Positions 25,511 to 38,272 of a DNA stretch of 64,000 nucleotides are shown piece after piece; the first letter of the stretch is position 1; every line of letters starts with the position of its first letter. Source of the stretch: Camelus dromedarius (lineage: Eukaryota); the NCBI RefSeq assembly GCF_036321535.1, contig NC_087436.1, positions 49,540,001 through 49,604,000 of the forward strand, written 5' to 3'. A program made the position numbers and the translations under genes. The notes under the pieces are model-generated. The model had not been told where the DNA came from, did not search any database, and saw only the letters and a list, made by a program, of their open reading frames with translations.

Positions 25511-27679
25511 ATGATTTTTTTTTATGCTAATGGTAGCAGGCTTCACTTTATTTTCATATACCTCTTTATAATAGTCTGGAGGTTAATCCTACCTCTTTTA
25601 CAAACTACCAGAAAATATTTTATTCTCAACACTTTCTGCTTCGACACAGTTTAATAAATACTTGGCTCATACTGCTTGGGATAGTTAAATTCAATTATAT
25701 TCTGTTTTCTTCTGTTTAGACACCTTGATAATTTTTATGCAATATCAGGGTATATATTATTTCTTTCTCCTCTCACCCTCAATCCCACTCTCCCAAAGAG
25801 TAACAACTATAGTCAATTATTTCACAGCCCATCTGTGTGTCCCACTGTGCAGTTAAAATGTACAATTCTTTATACTTTTAAGTTTTGATGCCAGTACTAG
25901 GAATTTAATGTACAAAATGGAGCCACCATAAATGCAGCACCACTTGTTATAGATAAGAAATACATCCTGAAATGTTAAAAATCCCCAAATTTGGTAACAA
26001 GATATACTCTGTAAACAATTTCTAGTGGAAAGCAGTAAAGCCTGTTGAGAGATTGTGATTGTCTCCAAGACTTACTGAAGACTCAGATTCAAAACTCAGG
26101 AAAACTAGAAATTAGTCCATACCATAAACCTTCAGGCTATGTGCAAAAATGTAAAATCTCACATATCAAATCTAAGAACGCCAAAGGCTTAATTTAATAG
26201 AGAAGAGGATCCCTTCATCTCCTATGGAACACATTTCTTGAATCCTGTTACAACCAGCTATTGTGATGAGAAGACAGAAAATGCATTGCCTTGCTCTTGC
26301 CTCCAGGTTGATTGTGTCCATCTTCCCACAGTTGGCTGGAAAGCCAGACAGACTGTGAGGCTGCCAGGGATGGAAATTAACCAGAGGAGAAGATATAAAT
26401 AATGTAAGTGGGTAGGGAAAAAAGTTGTGTGGTAAACACAAACAGAATATCAGTGAAGAAGAAATGACTCTGGCATGGGGCTTTTGATCAAGGAAAATTA
26501 GGGTACTGTAAATTGGGGGGTGGTGCAGGACAAGGGTTATAGTTTGAGAGTTAAGTGAAATGAAGGGATAAAATGAAACTATGTATGGAATGAGGGAAAA
26601 AACATTCCGGGCACACAGAACAGAAAGTACAAAGGCCTAGAGGCTTTGGTGATAGAAATATATTCCAATTGTCAACAATTTCTAGATGCTTCTTAGAAAC
26701 TTCTAGTTATGGACTCACGCCAAGAAATTTAACCTAGTTCTGAAGTTCGTGGAGTCATGGACATGTTCTTGAATTAGGATATTGTCAGATTTTCCTGAAT
26801 TTGAACAGGTAAACTCATTTTTTCTTTCTTTGAAATTTTTCTCAAAGGTTTTTGGAAGTCTTGAGAGAAAATGAATACAGCAGGGATTGATTTCGTTGCC
26901 TACTCCTCGAAATTCTTTAGCTTCCCAAAAAAACCTGGGGAGGGGGGCGTTCCTTTAAAATATACAGCTCTCTAAAATGGTTTTCATTAATTCTCAGCAG
27001 CAGGTTAAAGCTGGCCATCAGCATGTCCAGGGAAGCTTTTGTAAGCTTGTTTATTTGCAACAGGTGTTAGAATTTGCCATTTAATTTAACTTATCTATAT
27101 TTTTGGAGACTGTAAATTAAGAAAGCATCTGAAATATGTATCAAGTTATTATGTAGAAAGATACAGATATATGGGTAGAATAAAAATAAAAAGCTTTCAA
27201 TAAAACACTCCTTTTTACTCTAGGTTTGAAAAGGCTTGATACTTTTCTAATGGTTCTCAGCCAGCTGATTTCAGTCCAGGAGGCTAAAAGGAATATAATA
27301 AGAAACCTGTTCTTGTAAAATGTTCAGTCTGTCTGAAACAAGTTTGAGCAGGAAGTGTTTGTGAGAAGACTGTTCTCTGAGTCTCCCTCCTGGTTCTTCA
27401 TTCCAGGAAGCTTGCTCCACACCCAAATGAGTATCTGAAACTTGAGTGATTTTTCCATTTCATACTAAGGCTATTCAACACAAAATAGGCAAGTGGGTCT
27501 GACTTTTCAATATAGTCTTATGCCCAGCAGTTCTCATTTGCTTCTGATGACACTGTCTGGATCAATTCAGTATGGTTTCATCATTCTTTAGAGCTGAACT
27601 TTGATCCTCAAAACTTAGGGATATTACAAGTATTTCATTCTCCTGCCACCATTGTAGCCCCCATGTGCACTGGCTCTGC

Positions 27680-27785
27680 ATGCTAAGCTGTGAGGGTGGG
27701 ACGTCTGTCTTGTTCTCCACTGTATCCCCAGTGCTCAGAAAAATGCCTCCCACCTGGAATGTGTCCAGTGAAAATGTATTAAAAT
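27680..27785 (+). mobile_element. L2 3' end fragment
   Basis: taagctgtgagggtgggacgtctgtcttgttctccactgtatccccagtgctcag. Confidence 0.7.
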
Positions 27786-27847
27786 TGGAATGTAGACTAG
27801 CACACAATTGTCTGTGGCGTTCAATTTGGTGAACTCAAAACCCAAAC

Positions 27848-28128
27848 CAGGGGGGCAGGAAGGGATAGACTGGGAGTTCAAAATTTGTAGCTACTGACAG
27901 GCATATGCAGAATAGATAAACAAGTTTATACTGTATAGCACAGGGAAATATATACAAGATCTTGTGGTAGCTCACAGCGAAAAAAAAGTGTGACAATGAA
28001 TATATGTATGTTGATGTTACAACTGAAAAATTGTGCTCTACGCTGGAATTTGACACAACATTGTAAAATGACTATAACTCAATAAAAAATGTTCAAAATA
28101 AAATAAAGTACTGAAACCACAGGAAAAA
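27848..28128 (+). mobile_element. Young lineage-specific L1 3' end, 5'-truncated, with TSD
   Basis: gggatagactgggagttc...tatactgtatagcacagggaaatatatacaagatc...ttgacacaacattgtaaaatgactataactcaataaaaaa; TSD aaaacccaaac at 27837-27847 and 28129-28139. Confidence 0.9.
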
Positions 28129-28519
28129 AAAACCCAAACTGGTTTCCGGAACTCTACTCAGAATTTATCATCTCATGCCTCCAGCAGTAATTACTCTTAA
28201 TAACCCTCAAAATACAGAAAGCAGGCACTTCGATAAAAAATGTTTTTTTCCAGATATAGATAGTAAAATACAAGAAAGTCACATGACTGGTTTGCAATCA
28301 GATGATAATTTTAGTACTAATTCTATGTTCACAAGAATTATACTGCCAATAATAATACTGGTAATAATAACAACAGCAATAATAATCATAGTGAACTTCA
28401 GTCTTATCATTCAAACTATATATATTAGGAACACATTGTATATTAAAATACCATAATCAATGAGTATGAATGTTTAAATACAGAAGAACCAAGGAAATAG
28501 GTGTTTAATTTTAAGGCAT

Positions 28520-28755
28520 TTAATAATAACAACAATACTTATTGAGTTAATGTGTATCAGCCCTTGAGCTAAATCTGTACATTAAATAATGTGATCCCAA
28601 TAACCGGCCTAAGAACTAGGTACTGTTGGTTTCTGCATTTTATAAATAGGAAATTAAGGTTTAGGAAGAGTAAGTAAATCATCTGTGGTCAAGCTAATAG
28701 GAAATGATGGAAGTAGGATTTGAACATTTCTTTTGACATGAAAGCCTGTACTTTT
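28520..28755 (-). mobile_element. MIR SINE
   Basis: aatacttattgag...ctgcattttataaataggaaattaaggtttagg...aatgatggaagtaggatttgaac. Confidence 0.7.
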
Positions 28756-29064
28756 TGTTTGAACAATTAATTTTATTATTTCTCTTCAAGTTTACATCTT
28801 AGTTGAGGGTTCAGGACGTACACATGAAATAATGCTTGTCAAACAATATACAAATGACCATAAGTACTTATAACCCAGATTATTATAACCAATAGGAGAG
28901 TGTGCCAAGATGAAGAGGTAATTCACATTGGAAGCATTTCCTGCAGAAAGCAAATTTGAATCTATATGGGCAGCTGTGAGAGAATATATTTTTGTGAAGA
29001 TAGTAAGAAACAGAATGAAGTCAATTATGTTAAAAAAATAAACCTGCACATTTAAAAATATATA

Positions 29065-29345
29065 TTTTAATTAAGGTGTAGTTGACATACCATCATATTA
29101 GTTTCAGGTGTACACCATAATGATTTGATACTTGTATGGATAACAAAATGATCACCACAGTAATTCTAGTTAACATCCACCACCATAGTCACAAAGTTTT
29201 TTCTTGTGATGAGAACTTTTAAGATTTACTCTTTTAGCAACTTTCTCATATACAATACAGTATTACTAATTGTAATCACCCTACTATACATTATATCCCC
29301 GTGACTTACTTATTTTATAACTGGAAGTTTGTACCTTTTGACACC
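29065..29345 (-). mobile_element. L1MA9-like 3' end
   Basis: tagtttcaggtgtacaccataatgatttgata...cttgtgatgagaacttttaagatttactct...taactggaagtttgtaccttttgac. Confidence 0.85.
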
Positions 29346-30396
29346 CACATCTTTACTTTCTTAATGTATGGTTCTAGGTGCCTGGATAGAAAATAGTAAT
29401 AACAACAAAAGCAATACCATCTCATATCTGATAATATGCAAAGGTTTAAGAAAACATAATTTTATTTCATCTGTAGATTAATGGTTCTTAATGTGATCAG
29501 ATCAGCTTTAATACAAATAAAAAGAAACTAGAAGAATCTTCATCATAAGGGCTTAGAAAAAGTACAACAGTTGAAAATCTCAACATTAATATATACCAAA
29601 GTAATGGACACTCCACAATTTTGTCATGAATCCCTTTTAGATTTTCTATGAAATTGTGAGATCCCACACCCCCTTCTTCACCCTACCCCCCTGCACCCAG
29701 TTCCCCCCGTACACACACTGCCCTTGGTATTGAAAAGAAAGAAAAAAAATCCCCACATTGTATGTGTGGTTTCCATAATCACAGGCAGCATGTTCAGAAC
29801 ATTCACCACCTAACTCCATCCAACGCGAGTGTATCTTAATTGACTTGTTTCAAGTTAGATCTTTGTCAGTGGGGACTCCTGGTGTTGTTTCCTATTTCCA
29901 TCATTCTTGAAGATGATACATTCCACTTCTCCATTTTATTATTGCATCTTTAATATTCAACAGTTCACATTTTACATTTCTTTTAGAGGAAGTGAGTATG
30001 TTTTTAATAAGGAGCGAAAGCCTCCAATTCACAGAAATTCCTCTTGTCTACTTTTCAGCTTTTCAGAAAAGCAAGTTAAGATGACTTAACCAAAGAGAAA
30101 ATCGGAGAAAAAGCAAGTTAGAATATTATAGGCAAGAATAAAATGAAAAAAAGTTTTAAAGAAAAAAGTATGGTGATGGGATACAGACAGGAATGAAGAG
30201 GGCAACAGAGATGTGCCTTTACAATGATGGCAAATGCTACCGAAGCTTCAGAAATGATATTCAGGGATTAATGGATTTGAATGACAGAAACTAGATTTCT
30301 ATATTTATCTGTGGAAAGTCTTAGCACTTTTATCTATTTTACAATATGTAGGGGAAAATAAATGTAATTTTTTCTTTCTAAAATTTATCTTTAAAA

Positions 30397-30752
30397 TATT
30401 TATTTAATTAAAGTATAGTTAAGTTTACAAGGTTGTGTCCATTTCTGGTGTACAGCATAGTAGTTCAGTCATACATATATTACATATATTTGTTTTCATA
30501 TTCTTTTTCATTATAGGTTACTACAAGATATTGAATATAGTTTCCTGTGCTATACAGTAGAAGCTTGTTGTTTATCTGTTTTATATATAGTAGTTAGTAT
30601 CTGGAAATCTCAAACTCCCAGTTTATCCCGTCCCACCCCCTCCCCCCATGGTGACCATAAGTTTGTTTTCTGTATCTGTGAATCTTTCTGTTTTGTAAGT
30701 AAGTTCATTTGCTTTCTTTTTTAGATTCCACATATAAGTGGTATCACATGTA
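30397..30752 (-). mobile_element. Younger L1 3' end with probable TSD
   Basis: Same family as 15235-15586; atctttaaaa repeated at 30387-30396 and 30753-30762. Confidence 0.85.
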
Positions 30753-31764
30753 ATCTTTAAAAGAGCATCTCCTGAATTTACAAAATAGCAAAAAATTTGA
30801 AAAGCATTTGTCTAAGAGGTGATGAATAAGAAGAGCTTTGTGATGGCACAAAGAAAACTGTCATTAGAGAGAGGGGATAAGAAAGAAAAAGAGTAGCTTC
30901 AAGCCAGGAGAAAATAGAAAGGGAGAAGACCAAGGTTTACCCAAGAAATAGATGAGATTTATAATGAAAGAATTATTTGTTTTTAGCACAGACATCTGTC
31001 TTAGAGTCCACACCTCTGCTAGTAATCTGGTTAATTTAACATTTCTTTGTAAAGCGTTTTAATATTCTTTATAGATGCTAAAAAACAACTATATATTTAT
31101 AAACTTGCTAGTGTGTGGTCCCACATTGGGATGGGATAGAAATAAACTTCAGGATTACAAGTCACTTCTGGGTCCTATGTTCCCCAGTAATATTTGTTCT
31201 TGATCCTACGTACTTATATTGTTTACAGAAGAACAACAACAACAGAAGAACATGGGATCCCTTTTTAATAGTGGAATCATCTGTGCTTCATCTATGGCAT
31301 ATTTAGTAAATTTAAATCTGAGCTATTCCACCTCTCATATTTCTTTAAATTTGAGCATGCATGGCAGAGTGGCCCCTTTCATTGTATGAGTGGTTAACTA
31401 TTTTAAAGTAAATATTGAGGTTGAGTAACAGAAGCAAACAGAGAAAGTAGGTATTGAATAAGTGTTTGTTCCTTCCCTGAATCAAATTTAAAAGTATAAC
31501 ATCAAGCTTTCAGACATGTTTGTGTCAAGCATTTATATATATATATATTTTTAAGCAGAAAACAAAAATTAAGATGGCAAGCCTTCTTAACTAAAATCTT
31601 AAAATATTTGGGGAGATTTACAACCCAAGAGAAAGATTTCTATGTATACTAGAGTGGAGCCAAGTTATTCTGACTGTCAAAACAACTTTGTAGTTAAGAC
31701 TTCACAAATTTAGAACAGGTTGGTGGTGAATGGGTAGGTTAAGGCATGAGATTAGGTAATCTGA

Positions 31765-32535
31765 ATTCATTCATTCATTCAAAAATTTTCCAGTGAGAAT
31801 TTCCTAAGACAGACCTTTTTCCCAAGCCCCGGGGATAGAATGATGAACAAAGCCAAGTTTGCCTCTGCCCTCTCGGAGCTAGTAGTCTACAAGGTGAGAC
31901 AACATTAGTTTATCAATAAGCTCCTGTGAAACTGCAATTGTGAGAAAGGGCTCTGAGAGGGAGATTCTGAGAGAGCCTGTGGTGAGGGAATTTGAAATAG
32001 GATCAGGCAGTTTCCTCATGGAAGACCCCTAATGAGAGCTGCAGGTTAAGTGGACGGGGTAAAGAATAGAAACAGGAGGAGAGAGAGAATACGGTGAATT
32101 GGAGACCAACATTACTAGCGGGAGCAGAGGCTGGGGATGCTGGTAGAAAGCTGACCATGCAGTTCCTTGTAGTCCATGTAAAGAATTTATCTTTAGCCTA
32201 AGAATGGTGGGAAGCCATTGAAAGGTGTGAAGTAGGTAGGTGACTTTACTGGATTTTTGCGTTGCATTTTAGAAGGTCCCTCTGGCTGCCTTGAGGAGAA
32301 TTGATTGGAGTTGGTTTGGGTGAGGGTGGTGGGGTAGTGGGGTGGGGGAGATGGGAGGATGCGGGGGTGGTTGGATTAGAGCAGGGAAGTCCCAGCAGAG
32401 AATTGGTGAGGAAGTCCAAACAAGAAATAGAAGTCACCTGTACCTGTTTGGTGGTGAGCACGGAAAGAAGTAAAGGGATTCAGAAGATCTGTAGGAGATA
32501 AAACTGACATGGCCTGATGATAGAGTAGATGTGGG
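31765..32535 (-). mobile_element. L2 LINE 3' portion
   Basis: Begins with (TTCA)n tail; ctctgccctctcggagctagtagtcta, tgggaagccattgaaagg, ttgcattttagaaggtccctctggctgc. Confidence 0.85.

Positions 32536-32540
<5 letters not shown>

Positions 32541-32574
<34 letters not shown>
32541..32574. repeat. (TG)17 microsatellite
   Basis: Perfect TG dinucleotide run read directly. Confidence 0.97.
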
Positions 32575-32577
<3 letters not shown>

Positions 32578-35057
32578 CAAAGTAGCGCTTTACATAAAAG
32601 ATGCTCAAATATAGCAATTTTTATGGTTAATTTTTCTTTTTAAGCAGATCTTCTCTCTCTCTCTCACTTTCCCTACCCGGTATGATATTCAAAATTTCCA
32701 GGTAAACAGATAATATGAGATGATTGAATAAAAATGGAAGGGGAAATTCTCTACGGAAATGATTTTGACCATCAGTTTGAAATAATTACAGTACATGCAT
32801 TACACTTAAAAAACTGAATTATGCCACCCCTCCCCAAATCACTAATCAAAAAAGTCACTTAAATAATGACTAGGTTATAATAATCCATTACAGTTGAAGT
32901 GACAGTGGAGAAGAATTAAAAGTGAAGAATACTGAGTAATGTTTAATTGTCATTATCCAGGTGAAGCATGAATGATTTAGGGTCAGGCTGAAGAAAGATA
33001 TCAGAAAAGTGATAGGGTTTAGGGATCGAGGCTTAAAGCTACTGGATTTCTTTGGTTTATTCATTTGTCATGATCATACCATTCTTTTTGATGAATTTTG
33101 CAATTTTTATTATTTTGACCTGTGGAGTAGTTTTTTAAAAGTGTAAATTGTAATTAAAATTTCCATGTGCTTTTTACACTCTCTTGTAAGTTTTATTTAG
33201 CCAGCAGTTAAGTGATTACTCTATTAAATACAACTTGAATAGCACAGTCGCCTGTATGATGGCTACCAGTAAGTGTTTTATATATATAAAAAAGTAGGGA
33301 TTTCTATTTCTGTAATATGAAGCATACTGTTTATTGAATAGTTGGTGATGGACTGTATTTATAGGAGATAGTCATTGTCTATGGGACATGAACATTTAGA
33401 CATTTTGGCTAACATCTGGATGTAAATTAACTTGCGTTGGAAAGACTTGTTTGTTAATTTGGGATTAGGGGCAATAGGCTGACCAGAATATACAGGACTA
33501 TGGCCATAGTAACTTCTGGTCCCCAATGCAGTTGAATTTTGACCTGGTAAATCCTCTGCAATCACAAATTCATCCTTTATAGATGAAAACTCTACCTCTG
33601 TCTGGTAGATTAAATCTCCTTTTGAAAATTATGAACAGTGCAAAATGGTGTGTCTTAAAGGCTGAACGAGGTTGCCACAAAGCACTGAGATATGCTGAGA
33701 TCTTAAGGAATGACAGCTAGGGCTTTAGTCGACTGAGGTGACCAGGTCTTGGCACCACCCCCGCTAAGTGTTTTCGGCAGTCAGTTTTGCAGCGAGTGCT
33801 ATGTTTTCTGAAATATATTGCAAAGGTTCTAAGACTCTAAATGAAGCCAGTGGACTATGCATGACTGCATTACCTTGACCTGCTCAGAGCAGGAGGAGCA
33901 TTTTAAAACACATCACAAGAGCTCTCCCATTCCCTCTTTCATCTTCTGCATCTTTTTTTCTTTCTTAATTATATGTCTATCACTGAAAATGAGTTACAGG
34001 AAATCACATGGCAACCTAGAGAGGTTCTGAGAAGTATTTAGCTTTGACTTGAAGATTGTACAATTTTCCTGGTAAGACAGATAGACATTTTAGTTGATGT
34101 TTTCCATCTTAAACGATAAATTTGGCTTAGAATGTCCCTGTATATTACTGTTCAAATGTTTTGTTTCTTGAGCAAATGTGAAGTGTAAATGTCGTGGACA
34201 GGGACTTTTTAAAATGGCTGTCCCTGTGATTCAGAGCCACGATAGCTCGGGCTTCTATTTGTGCTGGCTTTCTGACAGCAATATTTCTTTCTGCTTTTCT
34301 GACAGCATTATTTCTGGGAAATCAAGCTAATTTCTATTTTTCTGGCCCTGTTGAAAGGATTACTCATACGCTTTCCCCACTGCTGTCTGTCCTTGTCTCT
34401 CATTAAGATAATCTACAGTAATAATCCATGTGACTCCTTTGAAATTGTTTTTCTTTAACAAATGCTATCAACTTTTTTTTCCTCATTTAACTCGATAGGT
34501 TGATGTTTGGTTCAGAGTCTATGATCTTTATGAACCCTTTTTTTCTAACTCTTCCTTTACCCTGGAATTTTTCTTGATTCTAAGGAGAGAAATACTTATT
34601 TAAGACTTTACTGTACACAGTTTTACTTATAATGCAGTTTGTGTTGTGTTTTAAAATTCATCAAGTATCTCTGTAAACTTAATCTCATTTTATTTTCTTG
34701 AAATGACAGTTGTAATTGTCTTCATTTTATAGCTGAAGAAATTGAGGTTTGCAGAAATTCAGTGAGTAATTTGTCGATAGTTGTTATATTTTTGGAACAT
34801 AGGAAAGTCAGGAAACAAGCTGAGTAGTATTATTACTTAAAAATATATAGTTCATAAATTAAAAACATTTAGTAACTGCCTGTTACATGCAGAGTGATGT
34901 CCTAGGTACCGGGGATAGGAGTTGGTCACAGGATAAAGTCCCTGCTTTCATCCAGTTCATGTTCCAGGACTGGGTTTTTGACTCAACTTTTTTTTTTCAC
35001 TAAAAATACAAAACCAGTATGACATCACATACATAATCAGTTTAGCATGAGGTACTT

Positions 35058-35218
35058 TATTTTTATTTATTTATTATTGTATTATTTAATTATTTTATTT
35101 TGGTGAGGGTTGGGGTGGGGAAGTAATTAAGTTTATTTGAAGAGGAAGTACTGCGGATTGAACCCAGGACCATGTGCATCCTAAGCACGTGCTCTACCAC
35201 TTGAGCTATACCCTCCCC
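35058..35218 (-). mobile_element. Vic-1-type tRNA-derived SINE, long form
   Basis: ggattgaacccagg...ctctaccacttgagctataccctcccc; diverged TSD catgaggtactt (35046-35057) / tgtgaggtgctt (35219-35230). Confidence 0.9.
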
Positions 35219-38146
35219 TGTGAGGTGCTTCAGTTTATCCTAAAATGGAGCTCCCTTTTCAATTTTCAGCCAAGAACTGTCATATTAAGATAACCACTGA
35301 ACTATTATAAATACAATATACAAATTTTCTTTATATGGAGGTCAAATGGGGCTTGCAATTTTTTCTATTTGACTGATAGTGTGTATTTTCAGAACAGTTG
35401 GTTGAGCTGAGGGGTGCTGTGGCAATCATTAAATGGAGCAGGTTAAATGATCTGTACACAGAGATGATCTGTAGACAGAAATGATCTGGCCTCCGAGTCC
35501 TGGCTAAGCACTGAACCCCATGACAGGCCAGCTAATAGAGCATGCCAGGAGACCAGCTTGGTGTTGCTGGAGAACTTATGCCAGCTTTGCTGACAGTGAT
35601 GTAATTGTTCTGTTAACTTATTCAAGAAACACTTCTTTCTATCCCCCAACACAGAGAAAGAATTCTAATACCCTTGCCATTTTAATACATCCCACAAGAT
35701 GACAAGTCATATATTCTGTGAGTTAACAGTTCCATGCCCCTAATCTCTTAGCTGCAAAACAACTTGGTGACCACAAATATGCTGAGAAAGATCTTTTCCC
35801 CTGAGCTTTTCTCTAAGAATTCCTAAGAGGCAAAGTTTCTCAGTCATATTCTACAATAACATAAGTTTACAGCCCTTGTTCATATGGAAAACAGCTTAGA
35901 AGGAACCCAAGATTCAAACTCTGGGATAATATTCATAGTGGAAACAAAATAATCACTCAAAATTTTAATATAATTCTCTTATTTTAAGTTTCTTTGAAAA
36001 TAATACTATATTTTAGAGACAGTGAGTCTGTGGGGAGTCTCAAAAATAGTAGGATCCAAATTTGATCCAAATTGGTTGCCCACAATTTGAACCCAAGACA
36101 GTGATGAACACCATATAGAAAATTAGAAGGCTCTAGCATTAGACATTTCAATTGTTTTAGATTCATGGAGTATTCTGAAGTTATATTGGTAATTAATAAA
36201 TTATTTTGATTTTGGTATTGTGATATAGAGGCTTCTTTCAGATAAGCAAACACAGTCCTTTAGGCTTGGCTCATGCCAGTGATAGTTCAAGGATGCCTTC
36301 CTTTTAGGTCAGATTTGGCAGGGGGAAAAACATTGCAGTTCTACCCAGTTCCAGCAGGGGTCAATATGTTTTCATCATTACACACGGACTGCTCAGTGAG
36401 CAAGCTGCAAAAGTGTTGATCCTAATTGGAGCAGACACAAGGATCTTCTATAATCCTCTGACATCCTTTTCAAATCATAATTCTTAGGTGGGTGGTGGGC
36501 TGGTGGCTGCAATGCCAGTGCAGGCTTCTCTACAATGAAGCCTAACCATTGTCAATTATTTTTGATGTATGCTAGCTTAACTTAAGTCTCCTTCTTACTG
36601 GCTTTTCCAACCCACAGAAGGGTATTGCTCCTTCTAATTATTGAGACGCGGTATCCAGGATGGTCAGGACAAGTGTGTTATTTTGGCTGAATGCACTCTC
36701 TAAAACCCATTCCCTTCTTTTTCAGTTTCCCTGTGTTCTTCCTGCTCAGCACAAAGAACAAGCTTATACCTTCAGTCAAATATCTTAAGATTATTTTACT
36801 TATAACCTTAATTGCTACAGTCATTTGACTTTAACTCATTAAATGCCAGCACTCGGAGGCAACTGGAGATAAAATGATGAATATATATAATTACAGTTGC
36901 ACGTATATAGCTTCCAATAGGTTAACAATTGAGACTAAATCGTCCTCCCATCCCACACACCTTCTCATAATTTGTTTAGGGGCTGTGCCAGCCAGTGGTA
37001 TTCAGGGAGCAAACTGTCATCCTTCATGTGCGTTGTAAAGGATGCTGGCCGCCTGAGTCTCCAACTGTCACACAGAAGCTTGAGCGATTTGAGTCAAAAG
37101 AAAAAAAATGCACTTCCTGCCCCACATTTGTAAGCTCATTTTTTACTTTCCTCGGCCCTGACTGCAAGCCCTTTCTGGTGAGCAGGGGAGTGAATGTCCC
37201 CCCATACAGACATTTTTGGAAATCTGACTCTGGAGAGCTGAGGAGGGTAGCGGCAGGAATGTGTTACCAGGACCTCTGGAAGGTGGTTAACTGCTTGAGT
37301 GCTGCTGCTTGTGCTGGAGGGAGGAGGAAGGAACAGCCCACCCGACAGAGCTCTCCCTCCACGAAGCTAAACCAAAGTGGGATTTTAAAGCAATGCCCTT
37401 AAAATATATCTCCGTAGGCAGTTGGGGGTGTCTTTTGGAAGGTGAAACACGAGTTGTAAAGGTGAGGTCAGAGTCAGCCAGGCAGTACCAGCAGGGACTC
37501 ACCTCGATCTGGGTTCACAGTGGCTGGGATCATTTTCTACTTATTATAGTATAGAATTTGAGAGGTACCTAAAATTAACTACTCTACCTCAGCCTGAAGC
37601 TTCCGTGTCAGACAGAAAGGAATCTATTTATCTATACGTGTCAGTACATCCTCCCTAAAAATGTGTGGAGATTTCTTTTACTTTCAAAGATGACCTGTAC
37701 CCTTTAATGCATCAATATTTAAAAAAAAGACAAATCCAGCCATCTCTATTATACTTGGGAAATCTTTCTTTAGAGCTCATATTGGCGTGCTTAAGCAAAA
37801 CAGCTGAGAAAAGTCTTTGATGGGACTACTCTTTGTCTCTTTCACTTTAATTCTTTATTTACTGAAAAAACAAAGCTTACCTTCCTCAAGTTAAGGGAAA
37901 ACTGTGAGGCATAAAGGCTCTACATTGATGAGGAGGACAGCGGAGATTTCAGCTTGGGTCTGACAGCCCCGACAGACGATACCCATGTCTTTGATGGGTC
38001 GTCAGGAGAAGCTGGGAGGAATTCTCAGCTCTTCTTGGCTGTTGCAGCCAGCAGATTAATTTCTTTATTTTTTAAAAAGGTCATGGTTAGCGTGAATGGG
38101 AAAATGGTTTAGATGCATCGTAATGCATCTCTTAAAGGAAGCATAT

Positions 38147-38272
38147 GTTTATTTATTTATTCAGGGAGTGTTTACTGAGTGCCTACTGCATGCTAGGCAC
38201 TGATGTAAGTATTGGGGCTACAGTGATGAATAAGACAGGCAAGGGCTGCGTTCTTATGGAGCTTACTTTCTT
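38147..38272 (-). mobile_element. L2 3' end
   Basis: tttactgagtgcctactgcatgctaggcactg...tacagtgatgaataagacag...ttatggagcttactttct. Confidence 0.85.

Noticed and set aside
36995..37402. 135-aa ORF; also the 139-aa ORF at 55804-56223 and overlapping antisense ORFs at 4844-5204
   Set aside because: No recognisable domains, some start at non-ATG codons, and lengths are within chance expectation for 64 kb read in six frames.
38111..38130. 8-bp hairpin agatgcat-cgta-atgcatct
   Set aside because: A short stem built on a self-complementary ATGCAT core is expected by chance, and it is too short for a miRNA precursor.
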